In this document: piece by piece, positions 27,501-41,000 of the stretch
How positions within the stretch are numbered: position 1 is the stretch's first letter
How the letters are laid out: each line of letters begins with the position of its first letter
NCBI GenBank assembly: GCA_964016885.1
Contig: OZ024741.1
Span: 72,726,001 to 72,790,000 of the forward strand
Direction of reading: 5' to 3'
Length of the DNA: 64,000 nucleotides
Origin: Eledone cirrhosa
Taxonomy: Eukaryota
Translations under genes and position numbers: made by a program
Notes under the pieces: model-generated
The model's database searches: none
Seen by the model: the letters and a program-made list of their open reading frames with translations, nothing else
What the model was told of the DNA's origin: nothing

Positions 27501-29450
27501 TAGTTTAATTATTGTTGTTGCTTTAGTTGTTGTTACATTAGTTGTTGTTGATACTTTTTTTGTTGTTGATAGTTTAGTTGTTGTTGATAGTTTAGTTGTT
27601 GTTGTTAATTTAGTTGTTGTTACTTTAGTTGTTGTTGTTGCTTTAGTTGCTGTTGATAATTTAGTTGTTGTTGTTACTTTAGTTGTTGTTGTTACGTTAG
27701 TTGTTGTTGATAGTTTAATTGTTGTTGTTGATAGTTTAGTTGTTGTTGATAGTTTAGTTGCTGTTGTTACTTTAATTGTTGTTGATAGTTTAGTTGTTGT
27801 TGTTGCTTTAGTTGTTGTTGTTACTTTAGTTGTTGTTGTTGTTACTTTAGTTGTTGTTACTTTAGTTGTTGTTGATAGTTTAGCTGTTGTTGCTTTAGTT
27901 GTTGTTGATAATTTAGTTGTTGTTGTTAATTAAGTTGTTTTTGATAATTTAGTTGTTGTTGTTACTTTAGTTATTGTTGTTACTTTAGTTGTTGGTGATA
28001 ATTTAATTGTTGTTGATAGTTTAGTTGTTGTTCCTTTAGTTGATGTTACTTTATTTGTTGTTGATACTTTAGTTGTTGTTGTTACTTTAGTTGTTGATAA
28101 TTTAGTTGTTGTTGTTACTTTAGTTGTTGTTGATAGTTTAGTTGTTGTTGTTGCTTTAGTTGTTGTTGATACTTTACTTGTTGTTACTTTAGTTGTTGTT
28201 GTTACGTTAGTTGTTGTTGTTACTTTAGTTGTTGTTACGTGAGTTGTTGTTGATAGTTTAGTTGTTGTTGTTACTTAAGTTGTTGTTGTTACTTTAGTTG
28301 TTGTTGATAGTTTAGTTGATGTTGTTACTTTAGTTGTTGTTGTTACTTTAGTTGTTGTTGTTATTTAGTTGTTGTTGATAGTTTAGTTGTCGTTGTTACT
28401 GTAGTTTTCGTTGTTACTTTAGTTGTTGTTGTTACTTTAGTTATTGTTGACAGTTTAGTTGTTGTTACTTCAGCTGTTGTTATTACTTTAGTTTTTGTTG
28501 ATAGTTTAGTTGTTGTCGTTACTTTAGTTGTTGTTGTTACTTTAATTGATGTTGTTACTTTCTTTGTTGTTGATAGTTTAGTTGTTGTTGTTGCTTTAGT
28601 TGTTGTTCCTTTAGTTGTTGTTACTTTAGTTGTTGTTGTTACTTTAGTTGTTGTTGATAGTTTAATTGTTGTTGTTGATAGTTTAGTTGTTGTTGTTACT
28701 TTAGTTGTTGATATTACTTTAGTTGTTGTTGATAGTTTAGTTGTTGTTGACATGTTTAGTTGTTTTTGATAGTTTAGTTGTTGTTGTTGCTTTAGTTGTT
28801 GTTGATAGTTTAGTTTTTGTTGTTACTTTAGTTGTTGTTACTTTAGTTGTTGTTTATAGTTTAGTTGTTGTTGTTACTTTAGTTGTAGATAGTTTAGTTG
28901 TTGTTATTGCTTTAGTTGCTGTTACTTTAGTTGTTGTTGATAATTTTGTTGTTGTTGTTACTTTAGTTATTGTTGTTACTTTAGTTGTTGTTGTTACTTT
29001 AGTTGTTGTTGATAGTTTAGTTGTTGTTGTTACTTTAGTTATTTTTACTTTAGTTGTTGTTGATAGTTTAGTTGTTGTTGATATTTTAGTTGTTGTTGTT
29101 ACTTTAGTTGTTGTTACTTTAATTGTTGTTGTTGCTTTAGTTGTTATTGTTACTTTAGTTGTTGTTGTTATTTAGTTGTTGTTGATAGTTTAGTTGTTGT
29201 TGTTACTTTAGTTGTTGTTGTTACTTTAGTTGTTGTTGTTATTTAGTTGTTGTTGATAGTTTAGTTGTCGTTGTTACTGTAGTTTTCGTTGTTACTTTAG
29301 TTGTTGTTGTTACTTTAGTTATTGTTGACAGTTTAGTTGTTGTTACTTCAGCTGTTGTTATTACTTTAGTTTTTGTTGATAGTTTAGTTGTTGTCGTTAC
29401 TTTAGTTGTTGTTGTTACTTTAATTGTTGTTCTTACTTTAGTTGTTGTTG
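18591..29450. repeat. 5,290-bp higher-order repeat, about 2.05 tandem copies, near-identical
   Basis: Six ORF pairs share offset exactly 5290 (19039/24329, 20051/25341, 21480/26770, 21727/27017, 23071/28361, 23451/28741). The same junction sequence sits at 18661, 23951 and 29241. Only a handful of substitutions were seen, e.g. 21141 A vs 26431 T and 19084 G vs 24374 C. Confidence 0.96.
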
Positions 29451-29759
29451 TTACTTTAGTTGTTGTTGTTACTTTAGTTGTTGTTGATAATTTAGTTGTT
29501 TTTGATAGTTTAGTTGTTGTTGTTACTTTAGTTGTTGTTGTTACTTTAGTTGTTGTTGATAATTTAGTTGTATTTGATAGTTTAGTTGTTGTGGTTACTT
29601 TAGTTATTGTTGTTACTTTAGTTGTTGTTACTTTAGTTGTTGTTGTTACTTTAGTTGTTGTTGTTACTTTAGTTGTTGTTGATAATTTAGTTGTTTTTGA
29701 TAGTTTAGTTGTTGTTGTTACTTTAGTTGTTGTTACTTTAGTTGTTGTTGATAATTTAG

Positions 29760-31555
29760 TTGTTTTTGATAGTTTAGTTGTTGTGGTTACTTTAGTTATT
29801 GTTGTTACTTTAGTTGTTGTTACTTTAGTTGTTGTTTTTACTTCAGTTGCTGTTGATAGTTTAGTTGTTGTTGTTGTTTCTTTAGTTGTTGTTACTTTAT
29901 TGTTGTTGTTACTTTAGTTGCTGTTGATAGTTTAATTATTGTTGTTGCTTTAGTTGTTGTTACATTAGTTGTTGTTGATACTTTTTTTGTTGTTGATAGT
30001 TTAGTTGTTGTTGATAGTTTAGTTGTTGTTGTTAATTTAGTTGTTGTTACTTTAGGTGTTGTTGTTGCTTTAGTTGCTGTTGATAATTTAGTTGCTGTTG
30101 TTACTTTAGTTGTTGTTATTACGTTAGTTGTTGTTGATAGTTTAATTGTTGTTGTTGATAGTTTAGTTGTTGTTGATAGTTTAGTTGCTGTTGTTACTTT
30201 AATTGTTGTTGATAGTTTAGTTGTTGTTGTTACTTTAGTTGTTGATATTACTTTAGTTGTTGTTGATAGTTTAGTTGTTACTTTAGTTGTTGTTGATAGT
30301 TTAGTTGTTGTTGCTTTAGTTGTTGTTGTTACTTTAGTTGTTGTTGTTGTTACTTTAGTTGTTGTTGTTACTTTAGTTGTTGTTGATAGTTTAGTTGTTG
30401 TTGCTTTAGTTGTTGTTGATAATTTAGTTGTTGTTGTTAATTAAGTTGTTTTTGATAATTTAGTTGTTGTTGTTACTTTAGTTGTTGTTGTTACTTTAGT
30501 TGTTGGTGATAATTTAATTGTTGTTGATAGTTTAGTTGTTGTTGTTCCTTTAGTTGATGTTACTTTATTTGTTGTTGATACTTTAGTTGTTGTTACTTTA
30601 GTTGTTGATAATTTAGTTGTTGTTGTTACTTTAGTTGTTGTTGATAGTTTAGTTGTTGTTGTTGCTTTAGTTGTTGTTGATACTTTACTTGTTGTTACTT
30701 TAGTTTGTGTTGTTACGTTAGTTGTTGTTGTTACTTTAGTTGTTGTTACGTGAGTTGTTGTTGATAGTTTAGTTGTTGTTGTTACTTAAGTTGTTGTTGT
30801 TACTTTAGTTGTTGTTGATAGTTTAGTTGTTGTTGTTACTTTAGTTGTTGTTGTTACTTTAGTTGTTGTTATTTAGTTGTTGTTGATAGTTTAGTTGTCG
30901 TTGTTACTGTAGTTTTCGTTGTTACTTTAGTTGTTGTTGTTACTTTAGTTATTGTTGACAGTTTAGTTGTTGTTACTTCAGCTGTTGTTATTACTTTAGT
31001 TTTTGTTGATAGTTTAGTTGTTGTCGTTACTTTAGTTGTTGTTGTTACTTTAATTGTTGTTGTTACTTTAGTTGTTGTTGATAGTTTAGTTGTTGTTGTT
31101 GCGTTAGTTGTTGTTCCTTTAGTTGTTGTTACTTTAGTTGTTGATGTTACTTTAGTTGTTGTTGATAGTTTAATTGTTGTTGTTGATAGTTTAGTTGTTG
31201 TTGTTACTTTAGTTGTTGATATTACTTTAGTTGTTGTTGATAGTTTAGTTGTTGTTGACATGTTTAGTTGTTTTTGATAGTTTAGTTGTTGTTGTTGCTT
31301 TAGTTGTTTTTGATAGTTTAGTTGTTGTTGTTACTTTAGTTGTTGTTACTTTAGTTGTTGTTTATAGTTTAGTTGTTGTTGTTACTTTAGTTGTAGATAG
31401 TTTAGTTGTTGTTGTTGCTTTAGTTGCTGTTACTTTAGTTGTTGTTGATAATTTTGTTGTTGTTGTTACTTTAGTTATTGTTGTTACTTTAGTTGTTGTT
31501 GTTACTTTAGTTGTTGTTGATAATTTAGTTGTTTTTGATAGTTTAGTTGTTGTGG
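29760..31555. repeat. More diverged third copy of the distal part of the 5,290-bp unit
   Basis: ORF 30869..31261 nearly equals 23071..23463 and 28361..28753. Shared markers: GATACTTTTTTTG (~22260/27550/29977), ACGTGAG (~22947/28237/30748), GACATGTTTAG (~23459/28749/31257). Confidence 0.85.
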
Positions 31556-33248
31556 TTACTTTAGTTGTTGTTGATAGTTTAGTTGTTGTTGTTACTTTAG
31601 TTGTTGTTACTTTAGTTGTTATTGGTAGTTTAGTTGTTGTTGTTACTTTAGTTGTTGTTGTAACTTTAGTTGTTGTTGATAGTTTACTTGTTGTTGTTTC
31701 TTTTGTTGTTGTTGTTATTTTAGTTGTTGTTGTTACTTTAGTTGTTGTTACTTTAGTTGTTGTTGATACTTCAGTTGTTGTTGTTACTTTAGTTGTTGTT
31801 GTTACTTTAGTTGTTGTTACTTTAGTAGTTGTTGATACTTCAGTTGTTGTTGATACTTTAGTTGTTGTTGTTACTTTAGTTGTTGCTACTTTAGTTGTTG
31901 TTACTTTAGTTGATGTTAATAGTTTAGTTGTTTTTGTTACTTTAGTTGTTGTTGTTACTTTATTTGTTGTTGATAGTTTAGTTGTTGTTGATAGTTTAGT
32001 TGTTGTTACTTTAGTTGTTGTTACTTTAGTTGTTGTTAATTTAGTTGTTGTTGTTACTCTAGTTGTTGTTGTTACTTTAGTTGTTGTTGATAGTTTAGTT
32101 GTTGTTGTTACTTTAGTTGTTGTTACTTTAGTTGTTGTTAATTTAGTTGTTGTTGTTACTCTAGTTGTTGTTGTTACTTTAGTTGTTGTTGATAGTTTAG
32201 TTGTTGTTGTTACTTTAGTTGTTGTTACTTTAGTTGTTATTGGTAGTTTAGTTGTTGTTGTTACTTTAGTTGTTGTTGTAACTTTAGTTGTTGTTGATAG
32301 TTTAGTTGTTGTTGTTTCTTTTGTTGTTGTTGTTATTTTAGTTGTTGTTGTTACTTTAGTTGTTGTTACTTTAGTTGCTGTTGATACTTCAGTTGTTGTT
32401 GTTAGTTTAGTTGTTGTTGTTACTTTAGTTGTTGTTACTTTAGTAGTTGTTGATACTTCAGTTGTTGTTGATACTTTAGTTGTTGTTGTTACTTTAGTTG
32501 TTGCTACTTTAGTTGTTGTTACTTTAGTAGTTGTTACTTTAGTTGTTGTTGTTGCTTTAGTTGTTGTTACTTTAGTTGATGTTAATAGTTTAGTTGTTTT
32601 TGTTACTTTAGTTGTTGTTGTTACTTTATTTGTTGTTGATAGTTTAGTTGTTGTTGATAGTTTAGTTGTTGTTACTTTAGTTGTTGTTACTTTAGTTGTT
32701 GTTAATTTAGTTGTTGTTGTTACTCTAGTTGTTGTTGTTACTTTAGTTGTTGTTGATAGTTTAGTTGTTGTTGTTACTTTAGTTGTTGTTAATTTAGTTG
32801 TTGTTGTTACTCTAGTTGTTGTTGTTACTTTAGTTGTTGTTGATAGGTTAGTTGTTGTTATTACTTTAGTTGTTGTTGACAGTTTAGTTGTTGTTACTTG
32901 AGTTGTTGTTGTTAGTTTAGTTGTTGTTACTTTAGTTGTTGTTGTTACCTTAGTTGTTGTTGTTACTTTAGTTGTTGTTGTTGCTTTAGTTGTTGTTGCT
33001 TTAGTTTTTGTTACTTTAGTTGTTGTTGTTGCTTTACTTGTAGTTGTTACTTTAGTTGTTGTTGTTACTTTAGTTGATGTTGATATTTTAGTTGTTGTTG
33101 ATTTAGTTTTTGTTACTTTAGTTGTTGTTGTTACTTTAGTTGGTGTTGTTACTTTAATTGTTGTTACTTTAGTTGTTGTTGTTACTTTAGTTGTTGTTGA
33201 TAGTTTAGTTGTTGTTACTTCAGTTGTTGTTGTTACTTTAGTTGTTGT
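31365..33248 (-). other. Stop-free Thr-rich frame (628 codons) between two TAA stops; no start codon identified, probably non-coding
   Basis: The in-frame - strand TAA codons map to + strand TTA at 33249-33251 and 31362-31364. No frameshift was seen between them. Confidence 0.3.
31560..32830. repeat. ~0.62-0.67-kb tandem duplication
   Basis: ATTGGTAGT at 31621/32239; GTTTCTTTTGTT at ~31696/32314; GATGTTAATAGT at ~31912/32578. The duplication is also visible within the 31249..32901 translation. Confidence 0.82.
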
Positions 33249-35099
33249 TTATAATTTAGTAGTTGTCGCTTTAGTAGTTGTTACTTTAGTTGTTGTTGTT
33301 AGTTTAGTTGTTGTTGTTACTTTAGTTGTTGTTGTTATTTTAGTTGTTGTTACTTTAGTTGTTGTTGCTACTTTAGTTGTGGATAGTTTAGTTATTGTTG
33401 ATAGTTTAGTTGTTCTTGTTACTTTAGTTGTAGTTGTTACTTTAGTTGTTGTTGATATTTTACTTGTTGTTGTTACTTTAGTTGTTGTTGTTACTTTAGT
33501 TGTTGTTGTTACTTTAGTTGTTGTTACTTTAGTTGTTGTTATTTAGTTATTGCTGTTACTTTAGTTGTTGTTGTTGTTTTAGTTGTTGTAACTTTAGTTG
33601 TTGTTACTTTAGTTGTTGTTACTTTAATTGTTGTTGATAGTTTAGTTGTTGTTGTTACTTTAGTTGTTGTTGTTACTTTAGTTGTTGTTTATAGTTTAGT
33701 TGTTGTTGTTACTTTAGTTGTTGTTGTTACTTTAGTTGTTGTTACTTTAGTTGTTGTTACTTTAGTTGTTGTTACTTTAATTGTTCTTGATAGTTTAGTT
33801 GTTGTTGTTACTTTAGTTGTTGTTGATAGTTTATTTGTTGTTGTTACTTTTGTTGTTGTTGTTATTTTAGTTGTTGTTGATAGTTTAGTTGTTGTTGTTA
33901 CTTTAGTTGTTGTTACTTTAGTTGTTGTTGTTGCTTTAGTTGTTGTTGTTACTTCAGTTGTTGTTGTTACTTTAGTTGTTCTTGTTATTAGCTGTTGTTG
34001 TTGCTTTAGTTGTTGTTACTTTAGTTGTTTTTACTTTAGTTGGTGTTACTTTAGTTGTTGTTGATAGTTTAGTTGTTGTTGTTACTTTAGTTGTTGTTGA
34101 TAGTTTGGTTGTTGTTGTTACTTTAGTTATTGTTACTTTTGTTGTTGTTACTTTAGTTGTTGTTGTTAATTTAGTAGTTGTTGATCGTTTAGTTGTTGTT
34201 GTTTCTTTAGTTGTTGATAGTTTAGTTGTTGTTGATAGTTGAGTTGTTGTTACTTTAGTTGATGTTGATAGTTTAGTTGTTGTTGTTTCTTTAGTTGTTG
34301 TTGATAGTTTAGTTGTTGTTGATACTTTAGTTTTTATTGTTACTTTAGTTGTTGTATTTACTTTAGTTGTTGTTGTTACTTTAGTTGTTGTTTTTACTTT
34401 AGTTGTTGTTACTTTAGTTGTTGTTACTTTAGTTGTTGTTGCTACTTTAGTTGTAGATAGTTTAGTTATTGTTGATAGTTTAGTTGTTGTTGTTACTTTA
34501 GTTGTTGTTGTTACTTTAGTTGTTGTTGTTACTTTAGTTGTTGTTGTTACTTTAGTTGTTGCTACTTTAGTTGTTGGTACTTTAGTTGTTGTTCTTGCCT
34601 TAGCTGTTGTTGTTACTTTAGTTGCTGTTGTTACTTTAGCTGATGTTGATAGTTTAGTTGTTGTTGTTACTTTATTTGTTGTTGATAGTTTAGTTGTTGT
34701 TGATAGTTTAGTTGTTGTTGTTACTTTATTTGTTGTTACTTTAGTTGTTGTTGTTAGTTTAGTTGTTGTTAATTTAGTTGTTGTTGATAGTTTAGTTGTT
34801 ACTTTAGTTGTTGTTGTTACCTTAGTTGTTGTTGATAATTATTTGTTGTTGTTGCTTTAGTTGTTGTTGATAGTTAGTTGTTGTTGTTGCTTTAGTTGTT
34901 GTTGTTACTTTAACTTGATTTAGTTGGTTTAGTTGTTGTCAGTTTAGTTGTTGTTTTTACTTTAGTTGTTGTTGTTGCTTTAGTTGTTGTTGCTTTAGTT
35001 GTTGTTGCTTTAGTTATTGTTACTTTAGTTGTTGTTGTTGCTTTAGTTGTAGTTGTTACTTTAGTTGTTGTTACTTTAGTTGTTATTGATAGTTTAGTT

Positions 35100-38000
35100 G
35101 TTGTTACTTCAGTTGTTGTTGTTACTTTAGTTGTTGTTGATAATTAAGTTGTTGTTGTTACTTTAGTTGTTGTTGTTACTTTAGTTATTGTTGATAGTTT
35201 AGTTGTTGTTGTTACTTTAGTTATTGTTGATAGTTTAGTTGTTGTTGTTACTTTAGTTGTTGTTACTTTAATTGTTATTGGTAATTTAGTTGTTGTTGTT
35301 GATAGTTTAGTTGTTGTTACTTTAGTTGTTGTTGTTACTTTAGTTGTTGTTGTTACTTTAGTTATTGTTGATAGTTTAGTTGTTGTTACTTTAGTTGTTG
35401 TTGATAGTTTAGTTGTTGTTACTTTAGTTGTTGTTACTTTAGTTGTTATTGGTAATTTAGTTGTTGTTGATAGTTTAGTTGTTGTTACTTTAGTTGTTGT
35501 TGTTACTTTAGTTGTTGTTACTTTAGTTGTTGTTGATACTTTAGTTGTTGTTACTTTAGTTGTTGTTGTTAGTTTAGTTGTTGTTGTTACTTTAGTTGTT
35601 GTTGTTACTTTAGTTATTGTTGATAGTTTAGTAGGTTGTTGTTAATTTAGTTGTTGTTGATAGTTTAGTTGTTGTTACTTTAGTTGTTGTTACTTTAGTT
35701 GTTATTGGTAATTTAGTTGTTGTTGATAGTTTAGATGTTGTTACTTTAGTTGTTGTTGTTACTTTAGTTGTTGTTGTTACTTTAGTTGTTGTTACTTTAG
35801 TTGTTGTTGATACTTTAGTTGTTGTTACTTTAGTTGTTGTTGTTACTTTAGTTGTTGTTACTTTAGTTGTTGTTACTTTAGTTGATGTTAATAGATTAGT
35901 TGTTGTTGTTACTTTAGTTGTTGTTACTTTAGTTGTTGTTAATTTAGTTGTTGTTGTTACTCCTGTTGTTGTTACTTTAGTTGTTGTTGATAGTTTAGTT
36001 GTTGTTGTTACTTTAGTTGTTGTTACTTTAGTTGTTGTTAATTTAGTTGTTGTTGTTACTCTAGTTGTTGTTGTTACTTTAGTTGTTGTTGATAGTTTAG
36101 TTGTTGTTGTTGCGTTAGTTGTTGTTGATAGTTTAGCTGTTGTTAATACTTTAGTTGTTGTTACTTTAGTTGTTGTTGAGAGTTTAGTTGTTGTTACTTG
36201 AGTTGTTGTTGTTACTTTAGTTGTTGTTGTTACCTTAGTTGTTGTTGTTACTTTAGTTGTTTTTGTTTCTTTAGTTGTTGTTGATAGTTAAGTTGTTGTT
36301 GTTGCTTTAGTTGTTGTTACTTTAGTTGTTGTTGTTATTTTAGTTGTTGTTGTTACTTTAGTTGTTGTTGTTACATTAGTTATTGTTGATAGTTTAGTTG
36401 TTGTTGTTACTTTAGTTATTGTTGATAGTTAAGTTGTTGTTGTTACTTTAGTTGTTGTTGATAGTTTAGTTGTTGTTGTTACTTTAGTTGTTGTTACTTT
36501 AGTTGTTATTGGCAGTTTAGTTGTTGTTGTTACTTTAGTTGTTGTTGTAACTTTAGTTGTTGTTGATAGTTTAGTTGTTGTTGTTTCTTTTGTTGTTGTT
36601 GTTATTTTAGTTGTTGTTGTTACTTTAGTTGTTGTTACTTTAGTTGTTGTTGATACTTCAGTTGTTGTTGTTACTTTAGTTGTTGTTGTTACTTTAGTTG
36701 TTGTTACTTTAGTTGTTGTTGATAGTTTAGTTGTTGTTGTTACTTTAGTTGTTGTTACTTTAGTTGTTATTGGTAATTTAGTTGTTGTTGATAGTTTAGT
36801 TGTTGTTACTTTAGTTGTTGTTGTTACTTTAGTTGTTGTTGTTACTTTAGTTGTTGTTAATTTAGTTGTTGTTGATACTTTAGTTGTTGTTACTTTAGTT
36901 GTTGTTGTTAGTTTAGTTGTTGTTGTTACTTTGGTTGTTGTTGTTACTTTAGTTATTGTTGATAGTTTAGCTGTTGTTGTTACTTTAGTTATTGTTACTT
37001 TAGTTGTTGTTGTTACTTTGGTTGTTGTTACTTTAGTTGTTATTGGTAATTTAGTTGTTGTTGTTGATAGTTTAGTTGCTGTTACTTTAGTTGTTGTTGT
37101 TACTTTAGTTGTTGTTGTTACTTTAGTTATTGTTGATAGTTTAGTTGTTGTTACTTTAGTTGTTGTTGATAGTTTAGTTGTTGTTGTTACTTTAGTTGTT
37201 GATACTTTAGTTGTTATTGGTAATTTAGTTGTTGTTGATAGTTTAGTTGTTGTTACTTTAGTTGTTGTTGTTACTTTAGTTGTTGTTGTTACTTTAGTTG
37301 TTGTTACTTTAGTTGTTGTTACTTTAGTTGTTGTTGCTTTAGTTGTTGTTACTTTAGTTGATGTTAATAGATTAGTTGTTGTTGTTACTTTAGTTGTTGT
37401 TGTTACTTTATTTGTTGCTGTAAGTTTAGTTGTTGTTGATAGTTTAGTTGTTGTTACTTTAGTTGTTGTTACTTTAGTTGTTGTTAATTTAGTTGTTGTT
37501 GTTACTCTAGTTGTTGTTACTTTAGTTGTTGTTGATAGTTTAGTTGTTGTTGTTATTTAGTTGTTGTTACTTTAGTTGTTAATTTAGTTGTTGTTGTTAC
37601 TCTAGTTGTTGTTGTTACTTTAGTTGTTGTTGATAGTTTAGTTGTTGTTGTTGCATTAGTTGTTGTTGATAGTTTAGTTGTTGTTAATACTTTAGTTGTT
37701 GTTACTTTAGTTGTTGTTGAGAGTTTAGTTGTTGTTACTTGAGTTGTTGTTGTTACTTTAGTTTTTGTTGTTACCTTAGTTGTTGTTGTTACTTTAGTTG
37801 TTTTTGTTGCTTTAGTTGTTGTTGATAGTTAAGTTGTTGTTGTTGCTTTAGTTGTTGTTACTTTAGTTGTTGTTGTTATTTTAGTTGTTGTTGTTACTTT
37901 AGTTGTTGTTGTTACTTTAGTTATTGTTGATAGTTTAGTTGTTGTTGTTACTTTAGTTATTGTTGATAGTTAAGTTGTTGTTGTTACTTTAGTTGTTGTT

Positions 38001-41000
38001 GATAGTTTAGTTGTTGTTGTTACTTTAGTTGTTGTTGATAGTTTAGTTGTTGTTGTTACTTTAGTTGTTGTTACTTTAGTTGTTATTGATAGTTTAGTTG
38101 TTGTTGTTACTTTAGTTGTTGTTGTAACTTTAGTTGTTGTTGATAGTTTAGTTGTTGTTGTTTCTTTTGTTGTTGTTGTTATTTTAGTTGTTGTTGTTAC
38201 TTTAGTTGTTGTTACTTTAGTTGTTGTTGATACTTCAGTTGTTGTTGCTACTTTAGTTGTTGTTGTTACTTTAGTTGTTGTTACTTTAGTTGTTGTTGAT
38301 ACTTCAGTTGTTGTTGTTACTTTAGTTGTTGTTGTTACTTTAGTTGTTGCTACTTTAGTTGTTGTTACTTTAGTTGTTGTTACTTTAGTTGTTGTTGTTG
38401 CTTTAGTTGTTGTTACTTTAGTTGATGTTAATAGTTTAGTTGTTTTTGTTACTTTAGTTGTTGTTACTTTATTTGTTGTTGATAGTTTAGTTGTTGTTGA
38501 TCGTTTAGTTGTTGTTACTTTAGTTGTTGTTAATTTAGTTGATGTTGTTACTCTAGTTGTTGTTGTTACTTTAGTTGTTGTTGATAGTTTAGTTGTTGTT
38601 GTTGCGTTAGTTGTTGTTGATAGGTTAGTTGTTGTTATTACTTTAGTTGTTGTTGACAGTTTAGTTGTTGTTACTTGAGTTGTTGTTGTTTGTTTAGTTG
38701 TTGTTACTTTAGTTGTTGTTGTTACCTTAGTTGTTGTTGTTACTTTAGTTGTTGTTGTTGCTTTAGTTGTTGTTGCTTTAGTTTTTGTTACTTTAGTCGT
38801 TGTTGTTGCTTTACTTGTAGTTGTTACTTTACTTGTTGTTGTTACTTTAGTTGATGTTGATATGTTAGTTGTTGTTGATTTAGTTTTTGTTACTTCAGTT
38901 GGTGTTGTTACTTTAATTGTTGTTACATTAGTTGTTGTTGTTACTTTAGTTGTTGTTGATATTTTAGTCGTTGTTACTTCAGTTGTTGTTGTTACTTTAG
39001 TTGTTGTTGCTACTTTAGTTGTGGATAGTTTAGTTATTGTTGATAGTTTAGTTGTTCTTGTTATTTTAGTTGTAGTTGTTACTTTAGTTGTTGTTGATAT
39101 TTTACTTGTTGTTGTTACTTTAGTTGTTGTTGTTACTTTAGTTGTTGTTACTTTAGTCGTTGTTATTTAGTTATTGTTGTTACTTTAGATGTTGTTGTTG
39201 CTTTAGTTGTTGTTACTTTAGTTGTTGTTACTTTAGTTGGTGGTACTTTAGTTGTCGTTGATCGTTTAATTTGTTGTTGTTACTTTAGTTGTAGTTGATA
39301 GTTTAGTTGTTGTTGTTACTTTAGTTGTTGTTGTTACTTTAGTTGTTGTTACTTTAGTTGTTGTTACTTTAGTTGTTGTTACTTTAGTTGTTGTTACTTT
39401 AATTGTTGTTGATAGTTTAGTTGTTGTTGTTACTTTAGTTGTTGTTGTTACTTTAGTTGTCGTTGATAGTTTAGTTGTTGTTGTTACTTTAGTTGTTGTT
39501 GTTACTTTAGTTGTTGTTACTTTAGTTGTTGTTACTTTAGTTGTTGTTGTAATTTTAGTTGTTGTTGTTACTTTAGTTGTTGTTGTTAATTTAGTTATTG
39601 TTGATAGTTAAGTTGTTGTTGTTACTTTAGTTGTTGTTGATAGTTTAGTTGTTGTTGTTACTTTAGTTGTTGTTACTTTAGTTGTTATTGGCAGTTTAGT
39701 TGTTGTTGTTACTTTAGTTGTTGTTGTAACTTTAGTTGTTGTTGATAGTTTAGTTGTTGTTGTTTCTTTTGTTGTTGTTGTTATTTTAGTTGTTGTTGTT
39801 ACTTTAGTTGTTGTTACTTTAGTTGTTGTTGATACTTCAGTTGTTGTTGTTACTTTAGTTGTTGTTGTTACTTTAGTTGTTACTTTAGTTGTTATTGATA
39901 GTTTAGTTGTTGTTGTTACTTTAGTTGTTATTGGTAATTTTGTTGTTGTTGATAGTTTAGTTGTTGTTACTTTAGTTGTTGTTGTTACTTTAGTTGTTGT
40001 TGTTACTTTAGTTGTTGTTACTTTAGTTGTTGTTGATACTTTAGTTGTTGTTACTTTAGTTGTTGTTGTTAGTTTAGTTGTTGTTGTTACTTTGGTTGTT
40101 GTAGTTACTTTAGTTATTGTTGATAGTTTAGTTGCTGTTGTTACTTTAGTTGTTGTTGATAGTTTAGTTGTTGTTGTTACTTTAGTTGTTGTTACTTTAG
40201 TTGTTATTGGTAATTTAGTTGTTGTTGATAGTTTAGTTGTTGTTACTTTAGTTGTTGTTGTTACTTTAGTTGTTGTTGTTACTTTAGTTGTTGTTACTTT
40301 AGTTGTTGTTGTTACTTTAGTTGTTGTTACTTTAGTTGTTGTTGCTTTAGTTGTTGTTACTTTAGTTGATGTTAATAGATTAGTTGTTGTTGTTACTTTA
40401 GTTGTTGTTGTTACTTTATTTGTTGCTGTAAGTTTAGTTGTTGTTGATAGTTTAGTTGTTGTTACTTTAGTTGTTGTTACTTTAGTTGTTGTTAATTTAG
40501 TTGTTGTTGTTACTCAAGTTGTTGTTACTTTAGTTGTTGTTGATAGTTTAGTTGTTGTTGTTACTTTAGTTGTTGTTACTTTAGTTGTTGTTAATTTAGT
40601 TGTTGTTGTTACTCTAGTTGTTGTTGTTACTTTAGTTGTTGTCGATAGTTTAGTTGTTGTTGTTGCATTAGTTGTTGTTGATAGTTTAGTTGTTGTTAAT
40701 ACTTTAGTTGTTGTTACTTTAGTTGTTGTTGAGAGATTAGTTGTTGTTACTTGAGTTGTTGTTACTTTAGTTTTTGTTGTTACCTTAGTTGTTGTTGATA
40801 GTTAAGTTGTTGTTGTTGCTTTAGTTGTTGTTATTTTAGTTGTTGTTGATAATTCAGTTGTTGTTGTTACTTTAGTTGTTGTTGTTACTTTAGTTGTTGC
40901 TACTTTAGTTGTTGTTACTTTAGTTGTTGTTATTTTAGTTGTTGTTGTTGCTTTAGTTGTTGTTACTTTAGTTGATGTTAATAGTTTAGTTGTTTTTGTT

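Noticed and set aside
23071-31261. Three 130-aa ATG-initiated 'MSTTTKLS...' ORFs that look like a small gene family
   Set aside because: The ATG comes from a 1-bp-insertion variant (GACATG; sister modules have GATATG and no - strand ATG) and the stop from a 1-bp-deletion variant. Copy number reflects block duplication, and there is no promoter-like or unique context.
34870-34925. Closely spaced -1/+1 indels that restore triplet phase (also ~43570, 53745, 62725), suggesting frame-preserving selection
   Set aside because: The shifted ~45-bp interval contains stops in both the + Val frame (TAG, TAA) and the - Thr frame, so the compensation does not rescue an ORF.
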